Shown one piece after another: positions 1-13,700 of a stretch of 64,000 bases of DNA (position 1 is the first letter of the stretch; each line of letters opens with the position of its first letter). The translations under genes and the position numbers were made by a program. The stretch covers positions 138,129 through 202,128 of the forward strand of contig NMRA01000003.1 in assembly GCA_002633005.1 (NCBI GenBank). Reading direction: 5' to 3'. The notes beneath the pieces were generated by a model that saw nothing but the letters and a program-made list of their open reading frames with translations, was not told the origin of the DNA and searched no databases. This DNA comes from Phoronis australis. Its lineage: Eukaryota; Animalia; Phoronida.

Positions 1-85
1 TATTTATCCTAAGTATAACTTACTGCTTGCTCTTGGTTTATGATCAGTTGTCTTGTGTTTCAGGATTTGTTTTCACCGGTGAACC

Positions 86-3000
86 ATGTCAGCACCTCCA
101 TATCAACCACTAAATAATGCCGGTGAAAATGAGAAACCGCCGCAATATGTACCAGCACCTCCTGGCAGTACCTACTACAGTAAGTAGTTCCTCTATCAAC
201 CACACTAGATAGAGGAAACCTCTGCCCTATAATTCCTGTCGCAATGGCCGAGTTGGGTAAAATCTCAGTTTGCCATTTCGGTTTTGAGGTCCCCAATTTT
301 AGTACTGTGAATGTCTGATAGGTGTCGCTTGCAATGTGACCCATTCAATGGATTGTGATGCTTACGCTGCCACCCGGTGGCAGACCAGGTCTAGTAGGTC
401 ACGACCAAAAGTGGCAAAGAAACGCGACTATTACAGTGAGAAACAACTTTATAACCAGTCATGTCAGAATAGACCACTTTTTACAGGATTGCCACAGTTC
501 CCTCATATGCAGCACTACAATTAATCGTTTTGTCTATGCAGCTTGACCCCGTTTTAATCGTCTGGTCAAGACTATGCCAGTCATAATCGCGGTGTGACAC
601 ACCATCACAATTTATCTGCTATTGGCATGCTGTCGCCATAGCATATCCACTGTACAATAATTACCAATATGATTCTCACTACTAAACATCTATCATTGTG
701 TTATGCACGTAAATGCATTTCCCGAAGTACTTACTCCGTCAGTGAACTGCACTGATATACAGGTGTTTGCAGTCTTTGCTGAAGCAGAGATTCACTCGCC
801 GTCTTGTCTCACTGAAACGGACCTATGTTCTAAAAATGGTTTCCTAAAAAATTGGTCCTATTGCAAATGTGTGTGCTGATGTCCGCAGCAACTTACTAGA
901 CACCTTGGATTAAAATATTTTCATTCTCCATTGTACATACTTCTTTAATTTTTTAATTTTTAATTCTCATTTGAAAGACAATTTGATAGCTTAATAAAGA
1001 GGCAAACAGACGCTTTTTTCAGATTGTTTTTTTTTTTGTTGCTGTTCTATTACTGAGTGTTAGTTGACCCGTTTTGCAAGTGTGGGAACAGAATTGTCGT
1101 AAATTGAGGTTGCGTTTGGCAAGTTGAGCAACGAAAAACTGAAGTCGCGTTTGTCGAGTAAGCCTCGAATTCAGGTCACCAATGGCAATTTCAGCTCGCA
1201 AAATGCGAGCTGGCACTCGCCAAATGGGACCCTGTCTATATTGGTTTGGTTGATCCATCATTGTTTGATTATCTTATAAATACCTTAGTGTCATTTTGAA
1301 ATTCTCTTCACTTAAGAAAATCAGACATGTCACATTATAAATGATTGTTTAGTGTAAAATTTCAAAATCTACTGAGAAAGAGTCACAATCTAAAGACACT
1401 AAAATGTATGTTCGTGTTTATCCCAAGTGTCTAACTTCATACAGAGACCTTGCACATGCCTTGAAAGTGGGTCAGTAAATCTTAACCAGTGTATTCCATT
1501 TGTCAGTTTATTGCCCTGAAATGATTTGCATGTGTTCTAGTACCAATCAATGATAAGACTTTTAACTCGTATCAGTTTATGTTCAACCTTGTTCCACTAC
1601 AGCTTCACCACTTAATAACAACGTACACTGTACTTTTCAGCAGCAGTAGGCATGAGGCACGTAGTACAGGGATTGGAATTTTCCTCTTCTAAGAGGATTT
1701 CCTCTGTTTTGGTTTTGATTTCCTTTTATTTGGTTTCCATTTTTTTTCTTTTTTTGTCTCTTTTTATCATTATTTTGTCTTTATTCATACAAACATTCAT
1801 GTAAATTTTACAACACAAAAAGTATTTCTATCATAAAAGCCTATTTGGTTTTGGAACGATACATCACCAGGAAAATTTTTGTCATTGGACACTCTTAGCC
1901 CTGCTAATGTAACGCCATTCAGTGGCGTGTTCACTCTGAATAATTACCTTTAAACTCATTGGCAGACTGGCAGCAGCATCAGGCACAACAGCAAGGCTAC
2001 CAACAACAGGGCTATCAAGCTGGAGTGCAAGGAGGCTTCCAGTCAGCACCACACCAGATACCCTCCTATGTCAATCAACAGCCGCAGTCTACAACAACGG
2101 TGGTTCAGCACCAACACGTGGTGGTCGTGGGAGGCTGTCCAGCCTGCAGGGTAAGTCCAGTAGAGTCCAGTCCTGGTCGATTACCGAGCATTAATAAATG
2201 GTGGTGAGAATATTGCAGTCTCACTTTGTTTTCAACAATTATAAATGTTTTTATTTTGCTTGCAAGACGGGGTGAACATGCTATTGTTGACTGTAAACCC
2301 TGGTAAATGTATAAGAATAAATATGTTCTCAACCCATCTCTAAGTGAGGGCACACTTGCTCTAACTACTTTTGTTCTATGTTTAGAAATTGTTAATAAGT
2401 AATTTTCAGCCTTTGTGAAACCCTTTCTGGTTTCATCAAATCGTGCTTTATCAACCCAACAAAGTATATTTATTCTAGAGCCTCCACGATTAAAAATTCT
2501 TAAACCATTTCATTTACATGTAACTCGCGTACGATTGCATGTAAACATTCAGGTTAAAATTGGCAAGTCCAGAAGTCGAAGGTTGGACGTTTTACTGAGA
2601 GATGGTCACTTAAATCAGAAATTTTCAGAAGTAGTGGTTGGTCGCTTGCCCATGCATGGGAGCTTAACCTGAGCCAGATAGTCACCCTGGCCACCTTTGG
2701 CCTTCTAAATTCAAGTCCACAGACCTGAAGTTCAGGGAATTTGCCACAAGCCTAGTAGCAGACACGGAAATTGAATTAGCACTCTATAACCAAGACTTAA
2801 TTCAAATACCTAAGTATGTAAACTTGAAATAGGAGAAAAATATCCGCCAGCATTCTGGGAAGATCCAATAGATTAATGTAAACGTGAACTCACTTCTTAT
2901 TTTTGCAGTTTAAATTGTTAAAAAATTGAAAAACTTCCTTTCATAAAACTTGGGCGAGGTATTATAAGCCCTGGCCAAATACATATTGATGAACAGGAAT

Positions 3001-4962
3001 GTTGCAGTGGAAATTTCACCAAAAAATCTCCTTTTATGCTGGTTACATCTTAAATAATTTGTTTTGCATAAAGTAAAAGGCCTCGAAATATGTTGACTCC
3101 ATTATCGTGTGATTCCATTATGTTCCCTTGACACAGCACCCCTGAGTATGTGCCATATACAGCTGGGCTCCCCTTGACACAGCACCCCTGAATATGTCCC
3201 ATACATGTATATAGCTAGGCTTCCTTAGACACTGCCCCCTGAATATATCCCATATATAACTGGATAGTTGTATGAACAGTAGTAGGGAGTGGGTGCTTAC
3301 CCAAGTGTCAGTGTTGACGAGAATGTTAACAGTAAGCTGACAAACAGAGAATAGTATCTCAGATTTCTTTTGCCTTTGAATCATGGACATATCAGAAATC
3401 AAATTTCTTTGTAAGTGATGTCGCAATCTTCATTTTCGGCAACATGTTGCCACTGTTCTGCAAAGTTGTACTACTGAACTTATGCACTGTAGCGAAATTT
3501 GTGTTCGATGCTGTCGAAAGCATTGTAATTCAAGAGGTCTGAAAGTGCTGTGTACAGTAGTTGAAGTCAATTTAAGTCTTTTTCATGTTTGATACATTGC
3601 AAATACTTTGAAGAAGTGTTGAAGATGCAACATGTGAATACTTCATTGTTGCAAAAAATTTAAAGAGGATGACTGTAGGGCTGTCCCTTATTACACAGTG
3701 ATAAAACTCTCCTTTGTCCAAAAAGTAAGAAAGTGCGTTGCTTTCATTGTCGGAAACCATCAAGGTGTATGGCCATGGAAATATTCCGTGATTGAAATGA
3801 TATCTTACAGAAAGAGGATTCTGTTTAGTTCAAAATTGCTTAATCCACTCGCATCGCATTTTCTTGTCACTCTTTGATTAATGTCGGGGAGGTAAAGAAC
3901 TTTAAACACCACGGATCCAACTTTTCCTCATCGGGTNAGTGATGTCGCAATCTTCATTTTCGGCAACATGTTGCCACTGTTCTGCAAAGTTGTACTACTG
4001 AACTTATGCACTGTAGCGAAATTTGTGTTCGATGCTGTCGAAAGCATTGTAATTCAAGAGGTCTGAAAGTGCTGTGTACAGTAGTTGAAGTCAATTTAAG
4101 TCTTTTTCATGTTTGATACATTGCAAATACTTTGAAGAAGTGTTGAAGATGCAACATGTGAATACTTCATTGTTGCAAAAAATTTAAAGAGGATGACTGT
4201 AGGGCTGTCCCTTATTACACAGTGATAGAACTCTCCTTTGTCCAAAAAGTAAGAAAGTGCATTGCTTTCATTGTCGGAAACCATCAAGGTGTATGGCCAT
4301 GGAAATATTCCGTGATTGAAATGATATCTTACAGAAAGAGGATTCTGTTTAGTTCAAAATTGCTTAATTCACTCGCATCGCATTTTCTTGTCACTCTTTG
4401 ATTAATGTCGGGGAGGTAAAGAACTTTAAACACCACGGATCCAACTTTTCCTCATCGGGTTTGTAGCCCACAGCACAGCAGTAATACTTTGTTGGCATTG
4501 GACGGCTGGATGAAGTAATGCAGCTGAGAAGATAACACTTGTAAAGAATACAACAACAACAACAACAACAACCACAACAACAACAACAACCACAACAACA
4601 ACCACAACAACAACAACAACAACAACAACAAAGAGTATGTGGAACTTCAGTGGTGTGGAGATGAGGCCACAAACGTGCTTGACGGGTAGTGCGACATTGT
4701 GGGTAAATACACTGTGTAATCAGGAATGGCCCTATTACCTTAAAATAAATGTCTGGTAAGCAATGTGCTGGTCAGTCATTGAGCTGCTCAGTAAGTGAAT
4801 TTCAAGCGATTGTATCACTCTTTATTGTAGGTTGGTGTCCTGGAGGACGACTTCACCTGTTTGGGAGTCCTCTGTGCTATACTCTTCTTTCCCCTCGGAA
4901 TACTCTGTTGTCTGGCTATGAGACAGAGAAGGTGTCCAAACTGTGGCGCCATCTTTGGTTAA
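86..4962 (+). CDS. BRI3: Brain protein I3 (BRI3)-like membrane protein, 3 coding exons, about 136 aa
   Basis: Exons 86-179 (MSAPPYQP...PPQY...), 1966-2150 (Q/G/Y-rich, ending [11 protein letters not shown]) and 4831-4962 ([43 protein letters not shown]). Introns are GT-AG with compatible phases (1, 0). The C-terminus is the characteristic BRI3 CxxC-hydrophobic-CxxC domain. Confidence 0.93.
1667..1903. mobile_element. hAT-like MITE, copy 1
   Basis: CAGGG...CCCTG termini. The T-rich body aligns by eye with 35678-35918. Confidence 0.55.
3124..3260. repeat. Minisatellite, about 3 diverged units of about 50 bp
   Basis: CCCTTGACACAGCACCCCTGAxTATxTxCCATA recurs three times. Confidence 0.75.
3414..4460. 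repeat. 523-bp direct duplication around a single N (probably uncollapsed haplotype overlap)
   Basis: 3414-3936 and 3938-4460 are near identical (3 substitutions seen), with N at 3937. Confidence 0.9.
4551..4630. repeat. (CAA/CCA)n microsatellite
   Basis: Direct read of the sequence. It produces the spurious poly-Cys ORF at 4391-4672. Confidence 0.95.
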
Positions 4963-6862
4963 GCTCAAGCACTATGCATGGTGGCTGTGATCAGTTGACA
5001 GTATTTGATTGATGTGATTGTGTGAAAGGTGTAGGATGGCATTTTCGTACACCAGATCATACAATTCTATTGAGGTCTGTACAAAATTTATGATGTTTCT
5101 ATACTCCAAAAGTGTTCGCAACAACCAGGTGATTTATTAGAATTATAAGTGACAAATATCCATTTAGCTGTTACTTAAAGCTTTCAGGATATGTAATTTA
5201 AATGTATTAGTTGGGGCCAAACATGAGACCTACTATGTCTTGTTATCGCACTTCACAAAGCTATTGATGATATTAATGTTATGGCTTTCGAGCACACATG
5301 GAGAAAAGGCGCATGTTCTAGTATGATTACCTGCTCAGAAATGCTATGTTTAAAAACAGATAAGCATGTTAAAAATTCAGCTCACTTTGACTTGAACAGT
5401 AGTTGATAGTCATTATCTCAACTCAAATGATTAAGTTACATGGAAATATGTCACCACTGCTCCCTGTACATAGGTAGGTAGAGAAAGAATGGTGTTGGAA
5501 AAGTCATGTGAACAGAATGTGTACCGGTAATAACAAGTTAGGGGGAAATTTAGTTTTGTCAGTTTCACTGGTTCGTATGGTGTTGTGTTAGCGCAGCTAT
5601 GTGATTGGTGTTGGTTGGTCTCACCTTCTCACTCAACAGTCCTGACTGATTGTATCAAACCCACTACATCTCTCCCCATTATGCCCCAAGTTGTTGCATA
5701 TATTATTTCCCTTTCCTGCTGATCTGCTATGTTATGTTAAATTTTTGCCTCAAGATAAAAAATGTTAAATGCTTAATGAAAGTGTGACCAACAAAATTTA
5801 GGCATAAATTGAAATTAAGTTTGTTTCTCCTCTTGTGACTGACAGTTTCATGTGTATGCAATATTTTAGTTACATTTTGATTAACTATTTTTTTTTCAAT
5901 TGTAAAAGTGGGATATTTTGCCAAAAAAGCATGCTTCGGCAGCAATACGTGGAAAATAAGGTATTTACCTTCCCATTTCAGAAGGCTGGGGGTTGGGCAA
6001 GAGGAAAACGAGATTGTTTTAATGACAGTCTAAATTGATTAGTGGCTGCACAGACACATGATTTCCAGAATGTAAAATTAGTTATTTAACTACCCATGTT
6101 AATGCCTGTTTTATTTTAGTGCTAAATTTCAAATTGTTTAAATGTGTGACTCAGTGCTATACTGTTGTGGTCTCACTCTGGGCAGACTGCGACTTTCACA
6201 GCTGGATCATCAAAATTTCTTTTAACATCAAAATGAAATTTGAAAGATGCGACCCAGGCAATGTTAGCATACCTGTCACTGGTTTAGACTTCCACTGTGC
6301 CCCCTGGTGACCTTTATTTGAAACTTCTTAAGTTAGTTGCTATTGCACAGGGGACATCACTTGCTGATTTCCTCAAGGATCCAAGTTGTGTTGCTCCCTC
6401 TGGTAGTAATTTAAGTATCTTGGTGTTTGTGCTGTACACTTTGGGTATTTGGCAGTTGTGTGTCTTTTGATAAGAGCAGGACTGTTGTTTGATTTTGGTT
6501 GCACCATCAAATTTTTAGCATTTGATTCAACACACTTTTCTTTAAAAATGCAGGATATCATTTGTGTTCACAACATTTAACTGGTGTTTTAATAATAATA
6601 AGAAGGGAGTTCCTACCAATTTTCGAATGGCTAGTGGTGCAATTTCAAGTTTACTAGCGTTGTCCCCGTTTGTTGGAAGGTGAGACTAGTCCTTGTAGCT
6701 TGGATGTTAGTTATGCACCTATTGCATTTGCCATTACAGGGGACTGTCCTCCTGGCCATAAATGACAAACTGGGTGAATATTCAAATGCTTATGGTTACT
6801 CTTGTTCACTGTGTGTTGTTATTTTGTTAAAAATCCGGACCGTGATACTTACAGTGTATTAT

Positions 6863-6933
6863 CATGGGCGGCACACCACAGGGGGATGGGGGGCTGTAGT
6901 CCCCCACTTTTTTTCAGTGCTGCGCCGCACATG
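6863..6933. mobile_element. Very short hAT-like MITE remnant
   Basis: CATGGGCGGC...GCCGCACATG inverted termini with G/C runs inside. Confidence 0.35.
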
Positions 6934-9900
6934 ATCATAGTTGAGAAATCTGACTGACAGTCGGGGTTTCAGTTCAGTTGTGTAGTTTAGTACACGTGAC
7001 CAAGACTATCCAAGATCTGCGATCATACGTGGTTGTAAGCATGACCTATATTCAAACCAAACAGTTGGTGAAATGATTGTACTTGTATAATAATGTTAAA
7101 TATATTTATTTTGATAAATTATCGTTCTCGTAGTTAAATGAAGCGGCCATTCCCTAATCAAAAAATGAAGTCTTGATCGTGACAGACTGAAATAGACGAA
7201 AGAGGGCTCTGCTGTTTGACAACAAAGTGTCAACTCGAAAACGGTCCTTCGAAGCATGCACTCGCGTCTTTTGTAGTCGTGGCTGTAAAAATGTTATCAA
7301 AACTTATCTGCTAAGTCACATTCAATTTAAACCTAAAATAGCGATTACTATTACAGCACGGCAAATTTACTCCACTTGACTGTGATATTTTAGAGTAAGC
7401 GTGCGCCTATAGTGGCTCTTGTGGCTTTACCAATTGATATGTAAAATGCAGAAGCGCGTAAATGACTAAAAAGTTGACTTAGAGTGTCTAAAATCCCGTT
7501 CGAGTACTGTTGTTAGTGGAGTTAAGCCTCCTTACGGCTGGGAACTGGAAGCATCGCTCGGGCTTGGAGTACGCGCCGTTTGACACGGAGTCGGCTGACG
7601 CGCTGTAGCTGCAGGTCTGGTGTTTTTATCGAGTACTGTGTTCCTGTGGAGTGGTGCGTGTAGTAAGTATTTCGCGGAAATATTCTGTACAACAAACGTG
7701 TTCAGCGCTATATGACTTTTGGATGAATAACCTTGCCGATATTGACATGATTACCTCAAGTTTCACTGTTAGGTATTCAGCCGTGCTGTGTTGTATTTCT
7801 GACATTACTGTCTCCTACACGTAGACCCGTATTGAGCGCTATCAAATAATTAGTTCCAATTCAACCGTGGAATTTCATGCTTTAGCTTGTATGAGAACGT
7901 TAAGGGCCCAGTTGCGTAATTTTCTGTTTGGTTTACTTCACTAGCGCGTTCTAGGTAGTCGCTCAAGTACAGAGTTGGGAGGGAAAATGTGTACGTGAGC
8001 AGTAAAAACGGCGTTTTAATTATTGGCCGGGCCATTGGGATTGGGAAACTGGGTTTTCCTCGCCACTCCGGTCTGCTAATCCACGCTGGAAGGATAAATT
8101 GCTAACCAGGACGTTCTTGAGTTTCATGGATACTGACCAAGCACTGTATCCTTAAACTTAAACAGCTCCACCTCCCGCAAGCAAATTAAAGAAATTACGG
8201 TATCTTTGTGTCCTTTATTCTAGTAAGACTTAGTGTTCTGTTTCTTTTTTAGCTTATCTGAACCGAAGCGTTTCCATGAGTGACACAAAACATTCGTATT
8301 TTCTTGGAGAGAGTTTGTTCATTTCGTTGCTTTTGTTTGTAGGAATGAATACTCAAGTTTCAGCTAGTCACTGTTGGCAAACTTGAAGGCCACGCGTTTC
8401 GTTCGAGTATAATCTGTGCCTGGGGATGGTTTAGATGGGTGTACCTTTTTCACGAGGTCACTCTCTTGGAACTTATAGTTTTTCACACAAAATCTCTACA
8501 GGTCGGGTTTCGTTAACTAGGATTTTTGAATTAAACAGACTGCGGTGCAAAGGCTGGTTACTGATTTTTACAAAACTGCACTAAAAAGCCAGCCTATTGT
8601 AATATTAGGGTAAATTCATCTGCGAAAAAGTTTGACTAAGCGAGCTAAAGGTGGCGTTGAAATTTCTTACAAGGGGATTCTATTTGATTTTGTAGGAATT
8701 GCTCCTACAAAGGTGAGTATTGTTAGAATTAGGGGAGTGTTCCCCCGGAATCTCGTGCTTGACTCCGGACTTGACAGTTGAAATTGGTGGAACCAGGAAG
8801 TCGTATATGGCGTAACTAATGTCTTGACTTGAACTCCATTATCTCAGAAGGCCCAGGGTACGTGGAGGTTCTTGTATTTCAGGCTGCCCTTTCAGAGTTC
8901 TTGAGTGACTAATTACTGGTCATTGTTTCTGTTTACCAAATTCTGTTAAAGCAACGAACTTAAACCTAGTGGTATTGGTGGAAAGGAGACAATATGACCC
9001 GGGCCCTCTGAAAATAATATGAAACGACATAATTTCAAAGAACCTGTCGGAGAGCAACCCTTTGATATACATAATTTTATAAAAAAGACTACAGCGGTTG
9101 CTGATTTCCACCTTATAAGAGAGCAGGGGGTAATTTCCGGACCAGAGTCTGTTTTTTGTACACTCAGCCATTTACACCCTTTTTGCTGACTGCTAAATGT
9201 ACAGATTTGTTCATATAGGGTCATACATGAACTTATGCTTGACCTGAGTGACGATCAAATGGAGAACTGTCTCCCTACGAGAATATTCCCAGCCTCCCCA
9301 AGTGTAAATCTGGCACTTGCTGACGCTGATTTATTGGAAGGTGTATAGACTTGAAACAGAACTATCAGAATAGCGAAAGATGTCCCGAAGAATCGCTCCG
9401 ATTATCTCCTTGATTGTCAGAGACGATGGTTGCGGCTAGTCAATTCTCACAGCCGTAAAACGCATTTTGGGGGTATTGTTGGATGGGATAGATTTCTTGA
9501 AGTTATTAGCTTCGACCAGGTATTATACAAAACAACAAAATGCACCGTGTTTGTGATTTTATTACGAATCGCCAATTGTCGTCGTTGTCTGCCAGACCAT
9601 GATTCGCTGAAATCAAGGTTCTGCTCATAGAGCGTTTCGCTGTGATGCGAGGGTTTTGAATGTTCGATTCCGCGTTGGAATTGGTCTTTAAAAAAGATTT
9701 TACTTGCCGATTATGTGACTTTGATCACATCAAAATTACTCTTGGGTTTCCAGGTTCGAATCCGCGCCATGGCTGATCTAGATGTAGTCTGTATCCAAAC
9801 GTTCTAGTCCGCTCCCCTGGAGGGTATAACTCTGAATTTTCATTTTACTTTGACATATCGTACATCATCATGAAATAGTATCCAAATGGCTGTGCAACTT

Positions 9901-10207
9901 CCTGAGAACAGCTAGAAGCAGCTAATCTACTGAGGGAAATAAATACGTTACAACATCTAGACGCTGTGCACGTCATTATTGTGCAAACTCTCGCGAGCCA
10001 GCATAACACCCACAAATCTGAAACGCCTTGCGTGTAGTGAGAACATTTTTGAGCGGAAGTTGCTTTCAAGATGGCGGATCTGGCGCATGTTGACCCATTT
10101 TCTTTCGGCTGGAGTGCGATTTTAAACGGGAGGAGAAAAAGACGTGATTTTTTTGCATGTAGATTCTTTGAAGTATATTCTTTCAAATGGCCTGTAACAA
10201 TTTTTTT

Positions 10208-10740
10208 CTCAGACTTACCGTTTTCGAGTTATTTGACTTTGAATTTCTTAAAAAAACGCAAAATTTCATTTTTTTCGAAAAATTTACGGAATTAGGCGAT
10301 ACCATTAGTTTAGATAGAATTTTGAACTGGCTTTCAGGAGATGTTTTCCATTTTTCTCTAGGACGTCTACTTTTCGAGTTATTTGAGATTTTCTGATAAC
10401 GCTGTTCCTTTGTTGAGCGCTCTTGCTGCATTGATGCTGGTTCATCTTCTATTGAACTAGACTGTAGCCTATTTCTTATTGATTTATGACATCTAAATTC
10501 ATCATATGAATGTTGTGATGTTGTTCATCATCGCTACCACCATTATCATATTCGTCATCATCTCCGTCGTTGTCTTTTCCGTTAATTTCGCACAAGACTG
10601 TTGCCTTTTTCTTACTGATTTCGGACTTCTACGTTCGTCATGTGTATATTATTATTACGTCTTTTGTTCATCCTCGCCACCATCGTCGTCATATTCGTCA
10701 TCTTCGTCATCATCTTTATCGTCATCTTTTTGGTTAATTT
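10208..10740. repeat. Interspersed repeat with TCA/TCG-rich low-complexity part; monomer of the array at 23555-24084
   Basis: Reverse complement aligns with 23555-24084. Confidence 0.8.
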
Positions 10741-13700
10741 CGCCAAGTTTCGCTCCTCAGAGCGCTTTCAGTTTTTTATTATTTTTCACATGGACGCCAA
10801 ACATTTATATCCTGCGCTAAAACACGGACCTTTCTAAAGCTATTTTTTCCGCTACTTTTCAGTTAAAATCTCACTAAAAGAAATTTGGCGGGAAACTAAT
10901 CTAGTTATAAGATTTCCCAAATGGTATTGCTTAATCAAATGTCCAAAATTAACTGAATTGGGTTAAGAATTGTTAAAATGACTTGCGAAGTCGTGGTGGT
11001 GCACCAACAAAAAGTTGAACGGCATTGAATTTCACTTATTGAGAATTGCCTGTAAAAACTCAAAATACATGTAATTTGCGAAATGTTCCCAGCTATTTTA
11101 CTGGTATTTGTCTATAAATGAAAATTATTGTTCTTAATTGGTGAAAATAAACAAAAGAATGTTTTTAACGGGGTCACCAGATGTACAGTTCATTAATAAT
11201 ATTAACCTTTCAGAGTACAAGAGCTACTATTCCAGATGAAGATAACGTGCCGAAATTCTTAATTTCACACTTACTGATAAATCAAGGACTCAAATGAGTC
11301 AAAGTGTGATTTCAGTTTTTGAAAAAAAAACACTCAACGAACTCCCTTAATTCTTTAGACCTACATAATCTTTCGTTTGAGGCCATGGTTTCCTAACAAC
11401 TGTGCGCCAGACCTTATTTCTCTCTTAGTCGTCACTTTCATGACAGAGACCCCTGGTGTGCAAAGAAAAAAAGCTATTGTTGAGCTCAAGTTAACAGATG
11501 CATTGGAATTTATTATATTCACTTTCAGTCTGCAGATTAAAGAAAACCTTGTTATGAGAATTTATGATTTAATCCAGGTATTGGTTCTGCCGGGATAAAT
11601 CAAGATTCATTAAGTAAATTAATTGTCTTTCAAGTAAATGAGTTTCGACAGAGGCGTCATGATTTGGACCAACATTAAAGCTGACCAAGTAGTAATGTGT
11701 ACGTATTATTTGCTCGCCTCAGTTACGCACAATTCTTAATGGTGATAAAGGATGGCAGATACAGTGTGATTTACAAGGAAGATAGAGTTTGTCACTATCA
11801 GAAAGTTAGAAAATAAATTTCAACGGGAATGCCTTGTATGCAGACGTGCACGAGAGATTTTTACCCTAAATATTTTGAATGGTTGCCTTAAAAGTTTTAT
11901 TCTTATTGTTAATTGTCCAAACTACTGCGACTTTAAACGACATTTATCATAGGCGGAAAACAAAAGAAAGATGATATATGGTAATCTGTAATTCAATGTA
12001 TTTGCTCATTTTTGATGCTATGCGCTGTTATGTGTTGCGATTTCTTTTTGTTGAAATGGGCCAATGGTCTTTACAAAAAATAAACTTAAGTTGATATTTT
12101 ATGTTTATTAAAGACTGACATAAACTTTTAAAATATCATTTTTGGAGATGGGAAGATGACCTGTTTTTCATGACGACTGGGCATAGTACCATATAGTCAT
12201 TGCGCTTTGAATAAGGAAAAGTGCACGTCGATTAAGCACATTTCAACGCGCAGAAAGGTACTCGTTTAAGAACCCTATGGCGCTTCATAACTAACACCTC
12301 CGTAGTGTTGCTTCCGATCAACGCGCTGGATTTGTAATCGTGTGATGTTCAGGTGCTTGCATTTTTAATTACTGATGAAATTAATTGTTGTCATAAAAGT
12401 TAGTCTAATAGAGTTAACTGTTGTATCCCATGGTTTCTGTCCGTTTTTTTCGAACGTCACGGGATGTATTTCTTGGGTTTATGAGTGATAACTTGAAGCG
12501 CCACCGCATGACATCTCCATACACTAATGAAAACCCGCTGTTGTTTTTATGTCACTGTTTCTGGTATTATATTAACATCCAGTTTTTTAATTATGACGAT
12601 ACATGTTAACTAACAGTTGGCAGATGTTTTCCACCTCCCACGTTATTCATTATTTTGTATCACGCCCTGACAAAAACAGGCGACGCAGTACGTCGCGACA
12701 TTTGAATTCTATAACCGGGACGTCTGTAATGCCCTTACTAAACACATTGACCTGGGATTTTCTACAACCGCACCCTCTAACCCCAACTTGCATCTTAATT
12801 CTCACCATCTGAGAAGAAAACGACTGGACAGCAATGATTAGTTCTCCAAACGTGCCGCCCTATTGTTGGATATGAATGACGAATGTCGACGTGTGGCAAG
12901 CCACCAGGATGAGGTCATGTGCCGCCACTTGGAGTTCTCAGTCAAATCAACCCGGCTCCGTACTAGCGTCTGTCAAAAAATAATTTCCAATTATTGCAAG
13001 ATGGGTGTATTTTGCAGAGGGTAGATTGTTCATTATTGCGTTTACTGATATTGTGTCCGTTCTCCTGACGACAGTATTGGTGTTCTAAAGCCAAGACCGA
13101 TATATATTGTTTTCTTTCACCGCACGGGGTCAACAACAACAATTTGTCATGGAAACGTGTTATCATAGGCTCCTGTGCCTTGGGTACGTGAAATAGTCAG
13201 ACAGAACTGCAACCCATCAGTCGCAAAACAAAATGATAAACTCTGGTGTTTTTAATTGACGATATATTGCACTTCAAACTACGAGTAAATAGTTCCAAAC
13301 TCGGTCTCTATTGGCGACAGTACCCAGCCGCAAACCAGACTTGCTGGCTACTTTAAGAAATTAAAAAATAAATGTGAAGTCGCGCACATTCTTGTGCAGT
13401 TTTCAATTCCGAATCGTGTGAGACTTTTTACGTAAAGTTGTGATTAGTGCAGGCTAAATCTGTATCCAATGAAATCGTTTACAAAAGGTGTGGTCCAATT
13501 GCAAACAACTAATGGGAATTCGAATGTCGTCATTGAACTACAGAAAAACTCTTTCTCTTTCCCTCCAAAAATAGTTAATGCCAGAGTGCGAATGATGTTT
13601 TCAAAAATTATGTTTTAAGGTGATTTTTCGGACAGCCGTTCAGAAACTTAAATTTGTGGAGGGTAGGATTGGCGTTTGATGTAAAATCACTTGTCAGTTT

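Noticed and set aside
3414-4460. Tandem duplicated 63-aa ORFs that look like a gene duplication
   Set aside because: Near-identical copies abut a single N, which points to haplotype overlap at a contig join.
4391-4672. Poly-Cys metallothionein-like ORF
   Set aside because: It is the translation of the (CAA)n microsatellite.
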